Shown piece by piece: positions 16,726 to 21,366 of a stretch of 21,366 bases of DNA (position 1 is the stretch's first letter; every line of letters starts with the position of its first letter). The notes below the pieces were generated by a model, which did no database searches, had not been told where the DNA came from, and worked only from the letters and a program-made list of their open reading frames with translations. The translations under genes were made by a program, and so were the position numbers. Origin of the DNA: Oligoflexia bacterium (GTDB taxonomy: Bacteria > Bdellovibrionota > Bdellovibrionia > JABDDW01); the NCBI GenBank assembly GCA_043732305.1, contig JAYTHU010000236.1:1-21366 (forward strand), written 5' to 3'.

Positions 16726-16910
16726 GTAGGTCATCCATCTGGGCCGTGTTCTGTAAGAATTCTAAACCCCGATTACTAGATCGAGGCTCGGATGACAGCT
16801 TTAGGCTTCTCGGCGAACCGAGCATGCACACCACTGCCAGTGCTAAGCTTCTTATTTAAGCTTGTAGGGTTTAAAATTTCATAGAAACCTCGAACCCGAC
16901 AGAAGACCTT
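16726..16910 (-). ncRNA. ssrS: 6S RNA
   Basis: About 185-nt rod: closing stem AGGTC/GACCT, inner stem TTTTAAACCC/GGGTTTAGAA, central bubble, TGGCAGT/GCTGTCA stem, apical CTCGG-TTCG-CCGAG. The segment GGTGTGCATGCTCGGTTCGCCGAGAAGCCTAAAGCTG closely resembles the E. coli 6S apical region as I recall it. Own sigma70 promoter and 3' T-run. Confidence 0.88.
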
Positions 16911-16912
16911 CC

Positions 16913-16941
16913 TTGATATTAGCGCTACTCTTTTGTAGGGT
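16913..16941 (+). promoter_or_regulatory. sigma70 promoter of the ABC substrate-binding gene
   Basis: TTGATA-N17-TAGGGT; SD GGGAGAGG at 16977-16984. Confidence 0.55.
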
Positions 16942-16944
16942 CAA
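16916..16944 (-). promoter_or_regulatory. sigma70 promoter of 6S RNA
   Basis: Minus strand TTGACC-N17-TAATAT; the predicted start (~16909-16910) coincides with the 5' arm of the closing stem. Confidence 0.8.
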
Positions 16945-16991
16945 TTCGTCTTATTAAAATAATAAATTCTATCTCTGGGAGAGGTTTTACA

Positions 16992-18761
16992 ATGTTTAAG
17001 TTGGCTTCAATATTGCTAATGGCGTTATTTTTAGGGGCTTGCCACTCAAAAAGCGTTGTGGACACGTATATGCATCTCGTTCTGCGGGAAAATCCGCAAA
17101 GTCTTGATCCTGTGATGAGTCAAGATGCCATCGCTGCTTATGCTATCGGTCCGATTTATGAATCGCTGATGCAATATCACTATTTGAAACGTCCTTACGA
17201 AGTGGTCACTGATCTCGCTTCCGAGTTTCCAAAATACTCTAAAGATGGTTTGACTGTGACACTGAAAATTAAAAAAGGCGTTCACTTTCAAAATGATCCC
17301 TGTTTTCCAAATGGCGTTGGTCGTGAAATGATCGCCGATGATTTTATCTTTGGTTGGAAACGCATCGCCGATCCTAAAACTCATTCGGAAGGTTCCTGGA
17401 TTTTTGAAGGTCGAGTCACAGGTTTTGCGGAATGGAAAAAAGCTGCCAGTGATTCTGGAGTTGCTGATTATTCTAAACCGATAGTTGGATTTAAAGTGAT
17501 AGATCCTTACACCATCCAAATTAAGCTCAACAAAAAATATCCTCAGTTAAATTATATTTTGGCGATGCCTTTCACTTCGCCCATTCCGCATGAAGCCATA
17601 GAAAAATATGGAGTCGAATTTTCAAGACATCCCGTGGGCACCGGGCCCTACGTGCTAAAAGAATATATTCAAAATTCCAGAATTGTTTTGGCTCGCAATC
17701 CCACTTTCCATGGAGAAAAATTTCCAGAGAGAAATGGCGGAGAGCACATTCCTAAAGTTCTCCCCCCAAAGACGGCGCCTGATGAATCTGAATTTGATTA
17801 TGGAAAAGATCTTCCATTCAATGACGGAATTGTTCTTCATATCATGGTGGAGCGTCAGCCGATGTGGCTAAGTTTCCTCAAAGGTAATATCGACCAAACA
17901 GAAATTCCTAAAGATAACTATGAGGCCTCAGTAGTGAACGGCCACTTGAGACCAGAATTACTGGCCAAGGGAATTGAAATGACTGCGGACCAGTCATCGA
18001 CCGAATGGTTCATAGGTTTCAACATGAGAGACCCATTCATTGGAAAAAATAAATTAGTGAGACAAGCCATGGGTTTGGCTTTTGATTCACAAAAACACAA
18101 CGAACTCTTTGGCTACAGCGCTTCAGTATTAGCAAATCAGATTCTTCCTGCCACCGTAAATGGTTTTAATAAAAATTTTCCGGCGCGCGAATTCAATATA
18201 GCGAAAGCTAAAAAGCTTTTGGTGCAAGCTGGTTTTCCCGATGGAACCGGTATTCCCGAAATCAATTATGATACCGAAGGTGCCTCTATCTCACGCCAAA
18301 TGGGAGAGCTTTTTAAAAGTCAAATGGCGGAGATTGGCATTAAAATTAAAGTCAATCTGCACACACGTCCTGAATATTTTGACGTTCGTAAAAAAGGTAA
18401 AGTTCAAATTATTTATGATGGATGGATTGCCGACTATCCAGATGCAGAAAATTACATGCAGCTTCTTTATGGGCCGAATGGTGCTCCTGGCATGAATAAC
18501 TCAAGCTTCAAAAACGCAGAGTATGATTTCTTATATGAAAAAATCACGAACATGACGGATTCTCCCGTAAGGCAGAAGATGCTGGACCGGATGAATGTCA
18601 TTGCTATTGAAAACGAACAAGTTTGGATTCCAAATTGGGTCGCAAAAATATTTAACGTGCATCAAGCTTGGTTGAAAAATTATTTGTATTCAGATTTTGC
18701 CTATAACGTTTACAAATACTACCGCGTAGATTTCGACCAAAAAAAGCGACTGCATAAATAG
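16992..18761 (+). CDS. ABC transporter substrate-binding lipoprotein, family 5 (OppA/DppA-like)
   Basis: Lipobox LGAC, SLDP, IYESL, PVGTGPY, VRQAM, GWIADYPDAEN; 589 aa. Confidence 0.93.
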   Translation: MFKLASILLMALFLGACHSKSVVDTYMHLVLRENPQSLDPVMSQDAIAAYAIGPIYESLMQYHYLKRPYEVVTDLASEFPKYSKDGLTVTLKIKKGVHFQNDPCFPNGVGREMIADDFIFGWKRIADPKTHSEGSWIFEGRVTGFAEWKKAASDSGVADYSKPIVGFKVIDPYTIQIKLNKKYPQLNYILAMPFTSPIPHEAIEKYGVEFSRHPVGTGPYVLKEYIQNSRIVLARNPTFHGEKFPERNGGEHIPKVLPPKTAPDESEFDYGKDLPFNDGIVLHIMVERQPMWLSFLKGNIDQTEIPKDNYEASVVNGHLRPELLAKGIEMTADQSSTEWFIGFNMRDPFIGKNKLVRQAMGLAFDSQKHNELFGYSASVLANQILPATVNGFNKNFPAREFNIAKAKKLLVQAGFPDGTGIPEINYDTEGASISRQMGELFKSQMAEIGIKIKVNLHTRPEYFDVRKKGKVQIIYDGWIADYPDAENYMQLLYGPNGAPGMNNSSFKNAEYDFLYEKITNMTDSPVRQKMLDRMNVIAIENEQVWIPNWVAKIFNVHQAWLKNYLYSDFAYNVYKYYRVDFDQKKRLHK

Positions 18762-18769
18762 AATAAAAT

Positions 18770-20758
18770 TTATTTTACGCTGGTAGCCGAAGGTTGAACG
18801 GATTTTGTTCCAGAATTGCTAGCGTTGATTCCATACATGGCGCAGTCATCAGGAAGCATGCCTTGGCCAGAGCAGCAGGTGCTTCCTTCGGCAATCAAAG
18901 GCATAAGTCTATTGGAATATTCGTTCATGAAACTGGAGTATTTAGAGTTTTCTGAATCGGGTTTTGCTCCCCAATCTGTTTTGACAAATTTCCCGCCGCG
19001 GATGTCCTTAGGAATTTCTACATTGGTTTCGTTTCCGTTCTGATCAAAGTGTACATAACTCTGTCGGCCGTTCGGTGGAGTAAAAACAATTTCATCTTGA
19101 GAGTAAGTCGCTGATCCATAATTTTGCATAGTGAGGGTCATAGGTTTGCTGCATTGAATTTTGGTCTGCGGAAAGTAGTTTTGGTAATTTTGATCTATCA
19201 TCGATTTTACTTCTGGATTTTCCTTCGCTAAAAAGCACATGCTCTCTGAATCCTGCTCTAAAACTGCCAGGTTGACAGGATTGTTCATTGTCAGATCGAT
19301 GTTGCAATTTTTGTCAGGAGAGCGAACGTAAATTTTAGACTGTGTCATATCACCGCATTTTTCATCTCCAGCCGGAGGAGTAAATGTAGCTGCTTGGACA
19401 CCCACGGATCCAAGTACCATCGCTGCGCCTGCGCCTAAGCTTGCAATTTTTAAAAGTCCTTGGCCTATTGGAGCTAGTCGTGGACCATAGGTCATCAAAA
19501 AGAATTTCATCCCTGGGCTATCGATCAAAGATGCTCCTGCTTTACTTGCAACTTCGGCAGCACTTACTTTTAGATTGAGAATAACCTTCAGTAGGGATGA
19601 ATTTCCCGTCGCTAGCAAAGTTCTTTCTGGCATCAAAGAACCGAGGGCTTTAGCTGCAGCTTTTAAATCGGTGACGCTCATTGGAGAATCAGTTGTTCTA
19701 AGAAGCATCCTCACGGCTTTGTCTCGGTCTTCTAAAAGTTTCACTTGTTGTTCAAGAATACTCACTTCTTTTTTTAATGCTGCTGTCTCTTGTGGCATCG
19801 AGGTTGCTGGCATGGGAGGGGCTTCAAAACTTGAAGCTGCAGCCTTTGCCCGGTTCCAATTTTCTTTTAGTTCTAAAAGTTTGGGATCATTCAGCATAGC
19901 TGCTTCGGCTGCCTTGGCCGCTTCGACTTCGTCATATGACTGAGCTGCTGAAGAGGACAAACTTATTATGGTATTTTGTTTCCAATGTGGAATGTATCGA
20001 GCATCCATTTTGGATTTGATCTGGTCGATGTTGATTACGGAGATTTCATCGCTTCCACGTATTTCGGGCAATACTTTGTTGAGTTCATTTTTTAAACTAT
20101 TCCATATATTGGCGTTTGTACGATATGCATTTGAAAGATTCGAATTAACTCTATAGAAATACTTTTTAATATAATCGTTGTAGTTGGTATTCGCTACGTT
20201 CTCGGCATTTTTTAAAGCTTGCTTCGTTGCGTCCACGTTGATTTTATAATTGGATTTAACTTGCTCAGGAGTTAGATTTTTTGTCTCTAGTAATTTTTTC
20301 TTTTCGTCCAAAATACTTTGTTGATTCTTTAGTTCGATCGCACTTTCTCGACCTGCTAGAGTGACTGCTCTGCGAAGTTCTTCCTTTACCATTAGAGGAT
20401 GAGGTATACATTTTCCGCCGGCAAACGCAGAATCCATCCAAATTGAGAAGTTGTTGGAGGCAATTGGGCATGGCCTGAAATCAGGATCGCGAATTTTATC
20501 GGCGATCTTTGATCCAAGTGCTTTTCCTTCATCACTTGCCGCAGCCACAGCGGCAAAAACACCAACGCCCATTTCAATTTTGCAATTTTCCAAAGATCCA
20601 GATTTTGAGCAGCCGTAAGCTCTTTCGACCGCCCGCGCTTTTTTAAGAGTAGCGTTCCAACCCGGCATGCATTCTTTGGTATCATCAGCGAAGGAAGTTC
20701 GATGTCCCACGAAAAAGATAAATGTTGTGAGAATCAAAATCAGGTTTTTGTTTTGCAT
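18770..20758 (-). CDS. Secreted Cys-rich protein with coiled coil and internal hydrophobic segment (662 aa)
   Basis: Start moved from 20815 to ATG 20758, which yields a clean signal peptide MQNKNLILILTTFIFFVGHRTSFA; 12 Cys in N- and C-terminal clusters. Confidence 0.85.
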   Translation of the reverse strand: MQNKNLILILTTFIFFVGHRTSFADDTKECMPGWNATLKKARAVERAYGCSKSGSLENCKIEMGVGVFAAVAAASDEGKALGSKIADKIRDPDFRPCPIASNNFSIWMDSAFAGGKCIPHPLMVKEELRRAVTLAGRESAIELKNQQSILDEKKKLLETKNLTPEQVKSNYKINVDATKQALKNAENVANTNYNDYIKKYFYRVNSNLSNAYRTNANIWNSLKNELNKVLPEIRGSDEISVINIDQIKSKMDARYIPHWKQNTIISLSSSAAQSYDEVEAAKAAEAAMLNDPKLLELKENWNRAKAAASSFEAPPMPATSMPQETAALKKEVSILEQQVKLLEDRDKAVRMLLRTTDSPMSVTDLKAAAKALGSLMPERTLLATGNSSLLKVILNLKVSAAEVASKAGASLIDSPGMKFFLMTYGPRLAPIGQGLLKIASLGAGAAMVLGSVGVQAATFTPPAGDEKCGDMTQSKIYVRSPDKNCNIDLTMNNPVNLAVLEQDSESMCFLAKENPEVKSMIDQNYQNYFPQTKIQCSKPMTLTMQNYGSATYSQDEIVFTPPNGRQSYVHFDQNGNETNVEIPKDIRGGKFVKTDWGAKPDSENSKYSSFMNEYSNRLMPLIAEGSTCCSGQGMLPDDCAMYGINASNSGTKSVQPSATSVK

Positions 20759-21111
20759 TTTAGATTCTTTTTTCTTTTTGAAAAATGATCGCGGCCAAAT
20801 TGTAAACCAATACAAGATCCTAATTTTTTCTCCGTCGATCCATTGGAATTTCGAACATTAATATCTTTTGGAATTTCTATGCGATTAGCGCAAGTGCTAA
20901 ATGCCTTTTCATAAGTCTGTTCGCAAACTTTGCTGGATATATCAAAACACTCCATCATTCCATCTACAGCGCAAAAACTTTCTTTTCCAACGCGATGAAA
21001 TTGCTGGATGAAAAAATCTCGACCCACGCTTGCCGGTTCTGCGGCCTGTGCTTGCCCGTTTTGGCTAATCAGATAAACGCTTGAATAATAGATAACTGCC
21101 ATTAATGTCAT
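20740..21111 (-). CDS. Small Cys-rich, probably exported protein (123 aa)
   Basis: Six Cys in a helical pattern; AQA-A cleavage-like site after a weak hydrophobic N-terminus; 3' end overlaps the next gene by 19 bp. Confidence 0.7.
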   Translation of the reverse strand: MTLMAVIYYSSVYLISQNGQAQAAEPASVGRDFFIQQFHRVGKESFCAVDGMMECFDISSKVCEQTYEKAFSTCANRIEIPKDINVRNSNGSTEKKLGSCIGLQFGRDHFSKRKKNLKCKTKT

Positions 21112-21118
21112 ACCTGTA

Positions 21119-21146
21119 CTATCGGTACCCCTAATGGATAACTTCG
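21119..21146 (-). promoter_or_regulatory. sigma28 (FliA)-like promoter, leaderless, for the 123-aa/662-aa pair
   Basis: Minus strand CGAAG-N15-ACCGATAG, then 7 nt to the ATG (same geometry as 837-872). Confidence 0.55.
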
Positions 21147-21364
21147 CAGGACCTTCGGCTATTTAAGTATTGACGGATTATTGTCGAGCTAGAGTTATGG
21201 ATATTTCCAAGCTCGACTACGCTTTTCCATTCCTCGTTTTTGCCTACGGTTTCATCATGGTTATGGTGATAGATAATCCGTGGCTCGCGAAAGTGGCTGA
21301 AAAGAAAATTCAAGCTGGCGATGTTTCGGAAGCAATGGCCGCCACCTGGGAATCCATAAGAGGA
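21131..21364 (-). CDS. 3' end of a gene that starts beyond the window; possibly HIGH-superfamily nucleotidyltransferase-like
   Basis: The frame of ORF 21131..21313 stays open to the window edge (SSYGFPGGGHCFRNIASLNF...); SSTIIR resembles the SSTxIR motif. Confidence 0.5.
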   Translation of the reverse strand, partial: SSYGFPGGGHCFRNIASLNFLFSHFREPRIIYHHNHDETVGKNEEWKSVVELGNIHNSSSTIIRQYLNSRRSCEVIH

Positions 21365-21366
21365 AA

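Noticed and set aside
16616..16859. ORFs 16616..16834 (-) and 16638..16859 (+)
   Set aside because: No SD or recognisable protein features; both overlap the well-formed 6S RNA structure.
7110..17519. Longer antisense ORFs (7110..7604, 14175..14687, 17046..17519) and other short track ORFs
   Set aside because: They are shadows of well-supported genes on the opposite strand or frame, with no motifs or translation signals.
20759..20815. Track start of the 681-aa ORF at 20815
   Set aside because: It adds 19 residues ahead of a clear signal peptide and lengthens the overlap with the upstream gene; ATG 20758 is preferred.

Overview
Chromosomal window of moderately low GC. Gene content and the Cys-rich secreted orphans suggest a Bdellovibrionota/Oligoflexia-type bacterium (inference). 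Recognisable genes: anmK facing an M48 lipoprotein protease-amgK-murU operon (anabolic peptidoglycan recycling), thiamine pyrophosphokinase, a PocR/GAF-sensor sigma54 activator, uvrA coupled to a class A PBP (PBP1A), and an orphan family-5 ABC substrate-binding lipoprotein. There are also several secreted or membrane proteins of unknown function. The intergenic DNA shows features absent from the ORF track: (i) a ~185-nt 6S RNA gene (minus, ~16726-16910) whose sigma70 promoter interlocks with the divergent SBP promoter; (ii) a candidate cascade: sigma28 promoter -> sigma54 activator -> terminator -> UAS and -24/-12 promoter -> 134-aa protein resembling a free copy of the activator's own sensor domain; (iii) four sigma28 (FliA)-like promoters; (iv) several apparently leaderless genes; (v) an ~87-bp REP-doublet-like palindrome. 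No CRISPR array, rRNA, intact tRNA, integrase or transposase was seen. All calls are by eye; no searches were run.
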